Shown here in pieces: positions 10,336 to 20,216 of a DNA stretch of 64,000 nt. The notes below the pieces were generated by a model. The model searched no databases. It had not been told where the DNA came from and saw nothing but the letters and a program-made list of their open reading frames with translations. The stretch is from an uncultured Pelagibacteraceae bacterium (GTDB lineage Bacteria > Pseudomonadota > Alphaproteobacteria > Pelagibacterales > Pelagibacteraceae), in NCBI GenBank assembly GCA_902557385.1, contig CACDZF010000003.1:2751-66750 (forward strand), given 5' to 3'. Numbering within the stretch: the first letter of the stretch is position 1; the number at the start of each line of letters is the position of its first letter. Made by a program: the position numbers and the translations under genes.

Positions 10336-11533
10336 TTGCTTTCTCTTTTATAGGTAAGTGTATTAAGCCTGCAAATATAGATAATGCAATTGCCAAATAC
10401 CACGCATAATCATAGGACCCGTATAAATCGTAAAATAAACCACCTAGATAAGCACCAAAAAATGATCCTATTTGATGACTTAAAAAAACTATTCCGTATA
10501 GTAATCCAAGATATTTTGTGCCAAATATATGAGCAACAATTCCACTAGTTGCAGGTACAGTGGACAGCCATAAAAATCCAAAACTAGCACCAAAAATAAT
10601 TGAGCTTATTGTACTTGGTGGTGTAAAAATAAATAAACAAATAGAAACTCCTCTTAAAAGGTATATTCCGCTTAAGATAATCTTTTTACTCATCTTGGTT
10701 GATAAGTAACCACTTAACAGTGAACCTATAATATTAAAAAAACCTATCAAAGATAAAATCATTGCAGCAGTCCAATCATCAAGACCTCTATCAATTACAT
10801 ACTTTGGTACATGGGTACCTACTAAAGTAATATGAAATCCGCATACAAAAAAACCTGCGGTTAAGAGAACATAGCTTTTAGTTTTAAATGCTTCTTTAAG
10901 AGCTTCAAAAGTAGTTTGTTGATAGGACTTTTCTACTGACTCTGATAAATTTGGTGATCTTACAAAGAAAGCTATAATAAAACCAAAAGTAAGAAAAATC
11001 ATAAAAATAAAAAGTGTATCAACCCAACCGTTATTCATTAATGAGTAATTCGTGAATAATGGAGATAAAAAATACCCAAATGATCCTACAGCAGTGACTA
11101 AACTCATAGCTATTGTTCTGTTAGACAATGGAAAATGCTTGCCTACAACAGACATGGGAATACTTATTGCGGTACCACCACATCCAATTCCCACTAAAAC
11201 TCCTAAACTAATTTGAAAGTATATGCCTGTATTTGGTCCAGCATATAAAAAATAAATACCTACTATGTAAAAAATAAAAGCGAGAGAAATAGCTTTGTGA
11301 CCTCCGTATCTATCTGCAATTGCTCCAAATATAGGTCCCGATAAACCCCAACCCAACATTTGAATACCTATAGCCAAACCAAATTCAGTGTTGGATATTC
11401 CAAGGTCTAAGTTGAAATCCATAAAAAACATACCAAAAACTTGCCTGACACTTAAAGAAACTAAAACAACTAAACATGCTGCTACAAGTGTTGTTAAAGC
11501 AGCATTATTTCTTATAAATTTTTCAGAACTCAT
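10313..11533 (-). CDS. MFS transporter
   Basis: About 12 TM helices, GAIADRYG motif A, FFVCGFH, HQIGSFFG. Confidence 0.9.
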   Translation of the reverse strand: MSSEKFIRNNAALTTLVAACLVVLVSLSVRQVFGMFFMDFNLDLGISNTEFGLAIGIQMLGWGLSGPIFGAIADRYGGHKAISLAFIFYIVGIYFLYAGPNTGIYFQISLGVLVGIGCGGTAISIPMSVVGKHFPLSNRTIAMSLVTAVGSFGYFLSPLFTNYSLMNNGWVDTLFIFMIFLTFGFIIAFFVRSPNLSESVEKSYQQTTFEALKEAFKTKSYVLLTAGFFVCGFHITLVGTHVPKYVIDRGLDDWTAAMILSLIGFFNIIGSLLSGYLSTKMSKKIILSGIYLLRGVSICLFIFTPPSTISSIIFGASFGFLWLSTVPATSGIVAHIFGTKYLGLLYGIVFLSHQIGSFFGAYLGGLFYDLYGSYDYAWYLAIALSIFAGLIHLPIKEKAIERTQLA

Positions 11534-12705
11534 TTGATAAATCTCAAAGATCTTTTTAAATCATTAATTAAATCTTTTGGATCTTCTAGACCAATATGAA
11601 GCCTAACCAAATGTTCATTTTTCTCCAATTTTAAAAAATTTCTTTTTCCTAATTCCCTGAACTCTTGATGCAATGCTAAACTTTCAAATCCTCCCCAGCT
11701 ATATCCGTAACCAAACAATTTTAAAGAATTTACGAACTTGTTAATAGAATTTTTATTTTTTGATTTAATCTTTAAACCCATCAATCCAGATGCTCCCGAG
11801 TAATATTTTTTCCACATTTTATAATTATGAGAGTTTTTTTTGTAAGGATATAAAAGCTTAACTTTTTTGTGCCGAGATAGAAAAGATGCAACTTTTTTTG
11901 CATTTTCTTCGTGTCTATCTAGTCGAACATCTAGAGTTCTTAATCCTCTTATTATGAGATAAGCGTCATCAGGTCCTAGTCTTAAACCAGTTATTTTGTT
12001 TGCTTTTTCAACATATTTAAAAACCCTTTTATTAACCGCTAAACTTCCTCCCATTACATCTGAATGACCTGAATAATATTTTGTTGCAGATACAATTGAC
12101 ATATCAAATCCTAATTTAATAGGTTTTAAATAATATGGCGTTCCCCAAGTATTATCTATTACTGAAAATAATTTATTCTTTTTTGCTATGGAAATTATTT
12201 TAGATAAATCTTGAAATTCAAAAGAGTTGCTACCTGGATTCTCAACATAAATTAATTTTGTTTTTTTTGTAATATTTTTTTTTAATGTGCTTAAGTCATT
12301 TGGATTATAAAAAACTGTTTTAATATTAAATGATTTTAAAAAATCCCCAGTTAGAAGCCTAGTTGGAGAATATACTGGATCAGCAGCAAGAATTTCATCA
12401 CCTGGCCGAACAATGCTAAAAATTGATAAAAAAACTGAACCAAAACCAGTTGGTGTTAAAAATACATGATAACACTCCTCCATTTTTTTTAACATTTGTT
12501 GTAAAATAAAAGTTGTTGAAGTTCCTTGCCTTCCGTATTCAAAGTGGCCTCCTATAGGATTTTTTTTACCTTTAGATTGAGTTTTTCTTAGCTCATTCAT
12601 TGATTTAAATATAATAGTTGAAGCCCTAACAACGGGAGGGTTTACGGACTGATTATAATAATCTTTTGCTGTATGTTTTAAAAAGGTTTTAAATGATTTA
12701 GACAT
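11530..12705 (-). CDS. metC: Cystathionine beta-lyase (Cys/Met PLP family)
   Basis: VNPPVVRAST, YGRQG, DNTW, SATKYYSGHSD, SWGGFESL. Confidence 0.88.
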   Translation of the reverse strand: MSKSFKTFLKHTAKDYYNQSVNPPVVRASTIIFKSMNELRKTQSKGKKNPIGGHFEYGRQGTSTTFILQQMLKKMEECYHVFLTPTGFGSVFLSIFSIVRPGDEILAADPVYSPTRLLTGDFLKSFNIKTVFYNPNDLSTLKKNITKKTKLIYVENPGSNSFEFQDLSKIISIAKKNKLFSVIDNTWGTPYYLKPIKLGFDMSIVSATKYYSGHSDVMGGSLAVNKRVFKYVEKANKITGLRLGPDDAYLIIRGLRTLDVRLDRHEENAKKVASFLSRHKKVKLLYPYKKNSHNYKMWKKYYSGASGLMGLKIKSKNKNSINKFVNSLKLFGYGYSWGGFESLALHQEFRELGKRNFLKLEKNEHLVRLHIGLEDPKDLINDLKRSLRFIK

Positions 12706-12712
12706 AAAAAAT

Positions 12713-12741
12713 TTGATATGTATTTATGACAATGCTATATC
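12713..12741 (+). promoter_or_regulatory. Putative sigma70 promoter of the small basic ORF
   Basis: TTGATA-N17-TATATC with TG of an extended -10. Confidence 0.4.
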
Positions 12742-12780
12742 CAACAAATAAGTCAATAAAATTTTAAAATTGAGGTAATT

Positions 12781-12864
12781 ATGGGATATCCAAAAAAGCA
12801 CAGAGGCCGAAGAAAAATGGGCTCTAAAAAAAGAAGAGCAAGAAAAAAAAATAAAAAGAAATAA
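12781..12864 (+). CDS. 27-aa highly basic peptide, bS22/mS38-like small ribosomal protein candidate
   Basis: MGYPKKHRGRRKMGSKKRRARKKNKKK*; GAGGT SD 4 nt before ATG. Confidence 0.7.
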   Translation: MGYPKKHRGRRKMGSKKRRARKKNKKK

Positions 12865-12876
12865 TCTCTTTATCTA

Positions 12877-13563
12877 ATGGAAAATATAGCTAAAGCTAAA
12901 TCCATAAGTATTTGGATTTTTATAATTCCTTTTGTTGCGGTAAACACCTGCCTTATTTTAATAACTCAGTTTCATGGACTTTTTCCAAATCCTACTCATG
13001 TAATTCATAACACCTTTCCTTATATTGATGGTGGAGCGTCAATAAGCAGAACAGCAAGAGTATTTCCAACCTATTTAGTTTTTAAACCATTAATGATATT
13101 CACATCATTTTTATTAATCAAATATTGGCTATATAATAAAAAAATAATTAACTCATTTGAGGAAAATCATAAAAATATAAAATTGTTTGTTTTTTTTGGA
13201 GTAAGCTCTGCAATATTTCTAATATTACACTCGATATTCTTAGGAATAAAATTCGATTACGATTTATATAAACTATTTCGTAGAGTAATATTGTTATGTT
13301 TTATAATATTTGAAATTACAGCGCAGTTATATTTGGTAATAACTATTTACTCGCTAAAAGAAAAAATATTTAAATTTATTAGTGTAAAAGTTCTTAAAGC
13401 TAAATTGATTTTAGTTTCCTTGTTAATTGTAGTGGCAATAATTAGTATTCCAATAATAAGTATGCCTGGTAATACTCATTTAAAACATGCCCTAGAATGG
13501 GATTATTTTTTAGGAGTAATTGCTTTTTATTTATTAACTTTTTTTATGTGGAAAAAACAATAG
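12877..13563 (+). CDS. Multi-TM membrane protein, possibly Frag1/DRAM/Sfk1-like
   Basis: Several TM helices; FPYIDGGASISRTA near the N-terminus and LEW before the last helix. Confidence 0.6.
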   Translation: MENIAKAKSISIWIFIIPFVAVNTCLILITQFHGLFPNPTHVIHNTFPYIDGGASISRTARVFPTYLVFKPLMIFTSFLLIKYWLYNKKIINSFEENHKNIKLFVFFGVSSAIFLILHSIFLGIKFDYDLYKLFRRVILLCFIIFEITAQLYLVITIYSLKEKIFKFISVKVLKAKLILVSLLIVVAIISIPIISMPGNTHLKHALEWDYFLGVIAFYLLTFFMWKKQ

Positions 13564-13569
13564 ATTAAT

Positions 13570-14688
13570 TTACTTAGTAATCCATCCACCACCAAGAACT
13601 TTATAACCATATGAATCTTTTGAATAAAAAACACATGCTTGTCCAGGAGAGATCCCGTAATCGTCTTCTTTTAAAGACAAAATAGCATCATAATTATTTT
13701 TGATCTGTATATTAGATTTTAACAACTTGCCTGTGGATCTAATCTTAACAAAAATTTCTTTTTCAAATTCTTGAAGATCTGCTAATAAATTTAAATTTGT
13801 TAATCTAATTTTTTTCTTAATTAACTGATCTTTAGACCCCACGGTAATTTCATTTTTCTCTGCATTAATTTCAACAACATATAATGGATGTTTTGCGGCT
13901 AATTTTATTCCTTTTCTTTGACCTATTGTAAAATTTACAATACCATCATGTACTCCAACAACTTTCCCATTTACATCTTTTATGTTTCCTTTTTTAAATG
14001 CATCTGGTCTTAATTTTTCTATTACAGATACATAATCACCGTTTGGAACAAAGCATATATCTTGACTATCTGGTTTATCTGCAACATTTAAATCTAATTT
14101 TTTTGCTATTGCTCTAGTTTCAGATTTCAAAAAACTTCCTAAAGGAAATCTTAAATAATTTAATTGATCTCTGGTTGTATCAAACAAAAAATAACTTTGA
14201 TCGCGATTTTCATCAATCGCTCTATACATATTGGTTATATTATTTTTAGTTACACTTTTTACATAGTGCCCTGTAATCAATGCGTCTGCATTTAAATTCT
14301 TTGACTCGTAAAATAAATCATTAAATTTTACAGTTTTATTGCACTGTACACATGGAATAGGAGTCTCCCCTTTTAGATAGCTATCTACAAAGTTATCTAC
14401 TACGCCTTCCTTAAACTTATTTTGGTAAAATAAAACTCTATGTTCTATATCTAATTTTTGTGCAACTCTTTTTGCATCCATAACATCTTGACCTGAGCAA
14501 CATTGCTTTGAACGTGCAACCTCTTTATTATTATCGTATAGTTTTAATGTTATGCCTATTACCTTGTAACCATCTTGCTTCATCATGCCCGCAACTGTCG
14601 AAGAATCAACTCCGCCCGACATTGCAACAACCACAGTTGTTTCTTTAGGGTCTTTATTTAAACCAATAGAATTAAGTTTTAATGTCAT
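13570..14688 (-). CDS. mnmA: tRNA 2-thiouridylase
   Basis: [43 protein letters not shown]. Confidence 0.97.
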   Translation of the reverse strand: MTLKLNSIGLNKDPKETTVVVAMSGGVDSSTVAGMMKQDGYKVIGITLKLYDNNKEVARSKQCCSGQDVMDAKRVAQKLDIEHRVLFYQNKFKEGVVDNFVDSYLKGETPIPCVQCNKTVKFNDLFYESKNLNADALITGHYVKSVTKNNITNMYRAIDENRDQSYFLFDTTRDQLNYLRFPLGSFLKSETRAIAKKLDLNVADKPDSQDICFVPNGDYVSVIEKLRPDAFKKGNIKDVNGKVVGVHDGIVNFTIGQRKGIKLAAKHPLYVVEINAEKNEITVGSKDQLIKKKIRLTNLNLLADLQEFEKEIFVKIRSTGKLLKSNIQIKNNYDAILSLKEDDYGISPGQACVFYSKDSYGYKVLGGGWITK

Positions 14689-14730
14689 ATTGATGGTATT
14701 TATACTTATTTCTATTATAAATTAAATTAA

Positions 14731-14904
14731 ATGATTTTAGAATTTGAACCTGGCGATCAAGTAATTAACCCTCTGAAGAAAGAATGGGGAATTGGCCAAG
14801 TTCAATCAATAATTAATGAAAAAATCACTGTAAATTTTGAAAACATTGGTAAAATTGTAATAATTTCGGATAACATAAAGTTAGAAAAAATAAATAATGG
14901 ATAA
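14731..14904 (+). CDS. DUF3553-family small protein, 57 aa
   Basis: Manual translation MILEFEPGDQVINPLKKEWGIGQVQSIINEKITVNFENIGKIVI...; overlaps the cysQ start. Confidence 0.8.
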   Translation: MILEFEPGDQVINPLKKEWGIGQVQSIINEKITVNFENIGKIVIISDNIKLEKINNG

Positions 14905-15670
14905 ACAGCATCTAAAAAAAATCAGTAATGAGTTGCTTAAAACATTTATTGATGCTGGAGAAAGATCAATTAAACTAAGAGAAATAGGTTTAAAAAAAGA
15001 GATTAAATCTGATAATACACCAGTAACTAATGGCGACATTGAGGTTAATAATATTTTAACAAAAAAAATAAAAAATATTACCCCTGATATACCGATTGTA
15101 TCAGAGGAAAGTTCTTCGAATAAATCAAATACTGAAATGAATAACTTTTGGTTAATTGATCCTATTGATGGAACCTACGATTACGTTAATAACAAAGATG
15201 AATTTACTCTAAACGCAGCACTGATAATTAATAAAAAACCAGAGTTAGGAATAATTTATGCTCCAGCAAAAAAAAGGCTTTTTTATACTTATGGGTTTGG
15301 ATTAAGCTTCGAGCTAGCAGATAATAAAGAAATTAAACTTACATGTGAAAAAAAAACTGGCCAAAATGAGGTAAAAGCCGTGTCTTACTCTGAAAATCTT
15401 AAACCGGTTATTTCTGAACTACATAAGAAATTTAAAGTTACAGATCATACAAAAATGAAAAGCTCTTTAAAATTTTGTGTAGTTGCAACAAGTGAATTTG
15501 ATTTGTATGTAGCGGAACCGAGAGCATCAGAATGGGACATAGCAGCTGGTCATGCGATTTTAAAAAACGCAGGTGGAATTATTACTGATTTTAACGGAAA
15601 TGAAATCTTTTACGGAAAAAAAGACTTCAAAAATCCAAGTCTAATTATAAAAAGAAGTGAAAATCTCTAA
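14897..15670 (+). CDS. cysQ: 3'(2'),5'-bisphosphate nucleotidase
   Basis: KSDNTPVT, SEE, WLIDPIDGT, SSLKFC, EWDIAAGHA. Confidence 0.9.
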   Translation: MDKQHLKKISNELLKTFIDAGERSIKLREIGLKKEIKSDNTPVTNGDIEVNNILTKKIKNITPDIPIVSEESSSNKSNTEMNNFWLIDPIDGTYDYVNNKDEFTLNAALIINKKPELGIIYAPAKKRLFYTYGFGLSFELADNKEIKLTCEKKTGQNEVKAVSYSENLKPVISELHKKFKVTDHTKMKSSLKFCVVATSEFDLYVAEPRASEWDIAAGHAILKNAGGIITDFNGNEIFYGKKDFKNPSLIIKRSENL

Positions 15671-15673
15671 GAT

Positions 15674-15817
15674 ATGGACGAAAGATTAAGAATTATTTTA
15701 ATAATTATTGTTTCAGTCAGTATTTTTGGTTTAGTTGTTTTTGTCATTGTCAAAAACTTTATTAAAAATAAAATTCAATATTATCTGGAAGAAAAAAATA
15801 AGAAAAAAAAATTATAA
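15674..15817 (+). CDS. Small single-pass membrane protein, 47 aa
   Basis: MDERLRIILIIIVSVSIFGLVVFVIVKNFIKNKIQYYLEEKNKKKKL*; starts 3 nt after the cysQ stop. Confidence 0.55.
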   Translation: MDERLRIILIIIVSVSIFGLVVFVIVKNFIKNKIQYYLEEKNKKKKL

Positions 15818-16375
15818 TAGATTAATTATTTTTAAAAATTCACTTTTCTCAAGGTCCATAACTTTTTTTGATGTTTCAAAATCAAAACCGTTTCTAGCTA
15901 ATATAGAAATATCTTTTTTATAAAATAGAGGTCTATTATCATCTGGCCGAGAAGGTCCTATTCTTTTTTTTTTACATACTTTTATAGCAGAAAAAAAATC
16001 TTGATTTTCATTATTTTCGTTAATTTGATTAATTGTCTCTTTAACATACTTATTGCTGATACCTTTAGAAATTAAATAGTTTCTAATTTTATTAATTGAA
16101 CTGCCTTTTTGGATTAAATTTTTTGCCTTACTTTCAGAATAAAATTTATCACTTATAAATTTTGTTTTTTCTAAATCTAGCAAAACTATATCGATTAAAT
16201 GAATAATATCTTGCTTTTTGTTTTTTGGGTTTGAATATTTTAAATATTTTTTTAATAAATAGGTTTTTAATTGTTGTTTTGATGGAGAAAACTTTTCTAA
16301 ATAAGAAAATGATAAATTTCTCATTTCTTCCACAGTTACTTCTAGTGTTTTTTTTCTATTTTTTACGGGAATCAT
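15812..16375 (-). CDS. recX: Regulatory protein RecX
   Basis: YLEKF..S..QL..YL, D..Y, KG.S...I...L..KGI, LARNGF repeats. Confidence 0.8.
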   Translation of the reverse strand: MIPVKNRKKTLEVTVEEMRNLSFSYLEKFSPSKQQLKTYLLKKYLKYSNPKNKKQDIIHLIDIVLLDLEKTKFISDKFYSESKAKNLIQKGSSINKIRNYLISKGISNKYVKETINQINENNENQDFFSAIKVCKKKRIGPSRPDDNRPLFYKKDISILARNGFDFETSKKVMDLEKSEFLKIINLL

Positions 16376-16403
16376 AGTATGTTTTAATATAATATATTTA
16401 CTT

Positions 16404-16877
16404 ATGATCGAACAAATTTATACTTACTTTTCTACAGAAAAGATCTATTTATGGTTAAACTTTGGTGTTTTGCCTTTCTGGTTGATTTTGCTTTTTTTTC
16501 CTCAATCAAAAATCTGTAAAATATTCACTACTTCAATATTTCCGATAATCATCTTTAGTTTAATTTATGCTTATTTAATTTATGTAATTTTTAAAGATGG
16601 ATATGATTTTTTAGGGAACTTCAGCTTATATTTAAGTTTTGCAAATCTATTGTATCTTTTTGAGAATAGTAATTTTTTAATTTTATTTTGGATACATTTT
16701 TTGGCAATAAATTTATTTTGTGGTGGATGGATGGTAAACGATTATCAAAAATTTAATATGCCAAAAGCTTTAATATTTTTCCCTTTGATCATTACCTATT
16801 TTGTTGGTCCTTTAGGAATTTTTATTTATTGGATATTCAAAATATTTTACGCAAAAAAAATTAACCTTTACGATTAA
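16404..16877 (+). CDS. ABA4-like (DUF4281) membrane protein
   Basis: PFWL..L..P, WIHFLAINLF.G.W, GPLG. Confidence 0.85.
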   Translation: MIEQIYTYFSTEKIYLWLNFGVLPFWLILLFFPQSKICKIFTTSIFPIIIFSLIYAYLIYVIFKDGYDFLGNFSLYLSFANLLYLFENSNFLILFWIHFLAINLFCGGWMVNDYQKFNMPKALIFFPLIITYFVGPLGIFIYWIFKIFYAKKINLYD

Positions 16878-17257
16878 GAGGTTTTAAAACCACTATTTTT
16901 CATCGCTCCAAAACCACCTTCGATATGAGATACTTTTTCAAAACCCATTTCCTTAAGCGTGTTTGCTGCTAAAGCAGATCTGCCGCCTGCTGCGCAAAAT
17001 AAAACCATTTCTTTATTTGGATCTAATTTTTCCCTTTGAGAGAAAGCGCTATCTGGGTGAATAGAAAATTCCAATAATCCTCTTGGTATATGAAAAGAGT
17101 TTTCTACACTACCCTCTCTCTGAAGTTCAAATGCGTCTCTAATATCAATTAAATTGCATTTGTTTTCATTAACTAATTTCAATGCTTCTTCTGGAGAAAT
17201 CGTTTTTACAGTTTTTAATGCTTCTGCTACAAGAGTTTGTGATGATTTAATAGCCAT
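16874..17257 (-). CDS. Rhodanese-like protein
   Basis: IDIRD, PRGLLEF, FCAAGGRS, EGG. Confidence 0.9.
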   Translation of the reverse strand: MAIKSSQTLVAEALKTVKTISPEEALKLVNENKCNLIDIRDAFELQREGSVENSFHIPRGLLEFSIHPDSAFSQREKLDPNKEMVLFCAAGGRSALAANTLKEMGFEKVSHIEGGFGAMKNSGFKTS

Positions 17258-17289
17258 AATATTGTAAATAAAATATCATAAACAAAATA

Positions 17290-18276
17290 ATGAAAAAAAG
17301 CATCATAAAAAAAATATTCATAAAACTTTGTAAAATTATGGGTTATGAAATAATTGATCAAAATAATTTTGTATCGCCGACACTCAACAGGGAATTAAAC
17401 GATAATTTATCAATTTTAAATGATAAATCTATTATACTTCCATTAGGCGAAGTGAAGATATCTAGAAAAATTTCATCAGTACTTATTTTATTTAGAACCA
17501 ATAGCAATGTAGAAATATGGGATCAAAACAAAAAAAGATTATTTGAAGAACCAAAAATTGAATACACAATAAGGTCTTTAAAGTCGCTTATTAAATCAAT
17601 TAATTTTTGTAATGAAAAATATCCATCAATAAAGATTAAATTAATGATCGTTGATGACAACTCAAAACAAGAAAATCTTGAAAAAATTACTACTCTTGCT
17701 AAAAATTCTAATCTAAAAACAGAGATTTTAAATTTAGATCATCACAAATACAAAAATGTTATTAAGGAACAAAAAAACGAGCAAACATTTTCAAATTTAG
17801 CAAGTTTGCTCTGTTGTTATGAAAACGCAAAAGCGCATGGGGAAGATTTGGTTTTTTTTGTAGAAGATGATTATTTACATTTTGTCCCAATGATGGAAGA
17901 AATGATATCTTCATATGAAAGAATATCTTCTCAGTTAAATAAAGATATTTTTATCTGCCCAAGTGATTATCCTTTTTTGTATATGAATAATAAAAAAACG
18001 AATGTTTTAATTGGTAACAAAAGACACTGGCGAACAATTGATGAAACTTTATGTACATTTATGACTAGTAGGAGGTTTATTGAAAAATATTGGGAAAATT
18101 TTAGAAAAACATGTCTAGATAGAAATGAACCATTTGAAAAATATTTAAATGAAATTTACAAAAGTGAAATATGCATTTCTCCAATGAAGAGTTTGTCAGT
18201 ACATTTTACAAATATTAATTCAAGCTATGGTTTATCACCTTTTATAGACTATAAAAAACTATGGGACGAAAATTAA
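17290..18276 (+). CDS. GT-A fold glycosyltransferase (family 2-like)
   Basis: VDDNS and FFVEDDYLH motifs. Confidence 0.7.
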   Translation: MKKSIIKKIFIKLCKIMGYEIIDQNNFVSPTLNRELNDNLSILNDKSIILPLGEVKISRKISSVLILFRTNSNVEIWDQNKKRLFEEPKIEYTIRSLKSLIKSINFCNEKYPSIKIKLMIVDDNSKQENLEKITTLAKNSNLKTEILNLDHHKYKNVIKEQKNEQTFSNLASLLCCYENAKAHGEDLVFFVEDDYLHFVPMMEEMISSYERISSQLNKDIFICPSDYPFLYMNNKKTNVLIGNKRHWRTIDETLCTFMTSRRFIEKYWENFRKTCLDRNEPFEKYLNEIYKSEICISPMKSLSVHFTNINSSYGLSPFIDYKKLWDEN

Positions 18277-18282
18277 TAAAAA

Positions 18283-18744
18283 ATGATTAAATTAAATAAT
18301 AAAGCACCAGTTTTTAAAGTACCATCTACAGGTAATAAGGAATATTCTCTTAATGACTCCCATGGAAAATATGTAGTTCTATATTTCTACCCAAAAGATG
18401 ATACTCCTGGATGTACCATTGAAACAAAAGATTTTAATACACTTTTGCCCAAATTTAAAAAACTTAATTGTGAAATATATGGAATTTCTAAAGATGACTT
18501 AAAAAGTCATGATAAATTCAGAGAAAAATATAAAGTAAAATTTAATCTGTTAGCTGATGAAGAAAAAAAAATTATAAAAGACTACAAAGTTTGGGGTAAA
18601 AAAAAATTTATGGGTAAAGAGTTTATGGGTATAATTAGAACTACTTTTTTAATTGATAAAAAAGGAAAGATTATAAAAATTTGGAAAAATGTAAGAGTTA
18701 AAGATCATGCTAAAGAAGTATTAGATTTCCTTAAAAATATTTAG
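18283..18744 (+). CDS. bcp: Peroxiredoxin Bcp/PrxQ
   Basis: YFYPKDDTPGCT. Confidence 0.93.
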   Translation: MIKLNNKAPVFKVPSTGNKEYSLNDSHGKYVVLYFYPKDDTPGCTIETKDFNTLLPKFKKLNCEIYGISKDDLKSHDKFREKYKVKFNLLADEEKKIIKDYKVWGKKKFMGKEFMGIIRTTFLIDKKGKIIKIWKNVRVKDHAKEVLDFLKNI

Positions 18745-18790
18745 AACCCCCCTCACATGAGAATAACATTAGGAAGAAAGGGGGGTTCTA
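18742..18790. terminator. Large-loop hairpin between convergent bcp and amtB, probable bidirectional terminator
   Basis: Perfect 12-bp stem TAGAACCCCCCT / AGGGGGGTTCTA, 25-nt loop, T-rich flanks. Confidence 0.6.
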
Positions 18791-18819
18791 TTTTAGCTAT
18801 ACTAACTAACTAACTATAA

Positions 18820-20115
18820 CTAATCTCTTATTGCGTATGCAATTACTCCTGTTTCTGTAACGTCAGTACCTTTAGTCTCAGCTTCTTTGCTTAATCTAAT
18901 ACCCATAGTGTTTTTCATTATGGCCCAGACAATTAAAGATATAACAAATACAGTTCCGTTAATTGCTATAACGCCCAAAAGTTGACTACCAAAGTTTGCT
19001 CCTGAATTTGTTATTGGGACAGCTAAAGTTCCCCAAATTCCAGCAAACAAGTGAGCTGGAATTGCACCAACTACATCATCAACTTTCATTGCAAACAAAA
19101 ATTTAGTTCCGTAAACAACTATTATTCCCCCAACAGCACCAATTAAAATTGCTGCTAAAGGTGATGGCATTAATGGTTCTGCTGTTACTGCAACAAGACC
19201 ACCAATTGCGCCGTTAAGCATTTGGATAACATCTGTTTTTCCAAAATTTAACCTTGTTACGATAGCTGCAGCAATAACTCCACCACAGGCTGCTAAATTT
19301 GTATTGATAAAAATTTTAGAGACTGCAATTGCATCGTTACCAGTACCCATTGCAAGTTGCGATCCACCGTTAAATCCAAACCAACCTAGCCATAAAATGA
19401 ATACTCCAATTGTTACTAGTGGTATTGAAGATGCGGCGAAAGGTTTTACCGGAGAAGGTGCTCCTGACTTTGTAAATCTACCTAGTCTTGGCCCCAAAAG
19501 TATCGCGCCAGCTAAAGCTGCTGCTCCACCTGTAGAGTGCACTAAAGTTGATCCTGCAAAATCATTAAATCCTGCAGCTGCAAGCCAACCACCACCCCAT
19601 TGCCAACCCATAACGAACGGATACAAAAATCCTGTTAATATTGCGGCAAATAAAAAGAATGGCCATAACTTAATTCTTTCTGCTAGTGTACCTGAAACTA
19701 TAGATACGGTAGTTGCACAAAATACCATTTGAAAATACCAATCAGATCCATCTGCATATCCTGTTGAAATCTTACTGTTATCAGACCATGGTATAAATTT
19801 ACCGATATAACCACCCTCTGGTATCCCATATGCTACATTGTAACCAAACATCCAAAACATAATTCCTGCAATTGAAAATAGGCCTATATTTTTTGCACAA
19901 ATTACTGATACACTTTTAGATGTAACCATTCCCGATTCTAACATCGCAAATCCTGCAGCCATAAACATGACTAAAAATCCACATACAAGAAATAGAAATG
20001 TATTAAAAATGAATCCAACTTCTGCTGAAACTGTAGTTTCTGCTGCAGCAGGCATTATAAACCAAGATAATAAGCCAACCGTTAAAAGAGAGATTCTTGT
20101 TATTATTTTAAACAT
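18820..20115 (-). CDS. amtB: Ammonium transporter
   Basis: Signal peptide, FQMVF, AER, DFAGSTLVH, WLGWFGFN, DDVVGAIPAH. Confidence 0.95.
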   Translation of the reverse strand: MFKIITRISLLTVGLLSWFIMPAAAETTVSAEVGFIFNTFLFLVCGFLVMFMAAGFAMLESGMVTSKSVSVICAKNIGLFSIAGIMFWMFGYNVAYGIPEGGYIGKFIPWSDNSKISTGYADGSDWYFQMVFCATTVSIVSGTLAERIKLWPFFLFAAILTGFLYPFVMGWQWGGGWLAAAGFNDFAGSTLVHSTGGAAALAGAILLGPRLGRFTKSGAPSPVKPFAASSIPLVTIGVFILWLGWFGFNGGSQLAMGTGNDAIAVSKIFINTNLAACGGVIAAAIVTRLNFGKTDVIQMLNGAIGGLVAVTAEPLMPSPLAAILIGAVGGIIVVYGTKFLFAMKVDDVVGAIPAHLFAGIWGTLAVPITNSGANFGSQLLGVIAINGTVFVISLIVWAIMKNTMGIRLSKEAETKGTDVTETGVIAYAIRD

Positions 20116-20216
20116 AAATAAACTCCTTAAATTAATTATCTAAAGTTTTTATATTTAAAAAAAAATTAAACTAATGATGATTGATAAAAATAGGTATGCA
20201 GAAATTACATATAGTA

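Noticed and set aside
15735-15923. 62-aa ORF from the track
   Set aside because: Overlaps recX by over 100 nt; the 15674-15817 frame has an ATG and a clean TM helix and fits better
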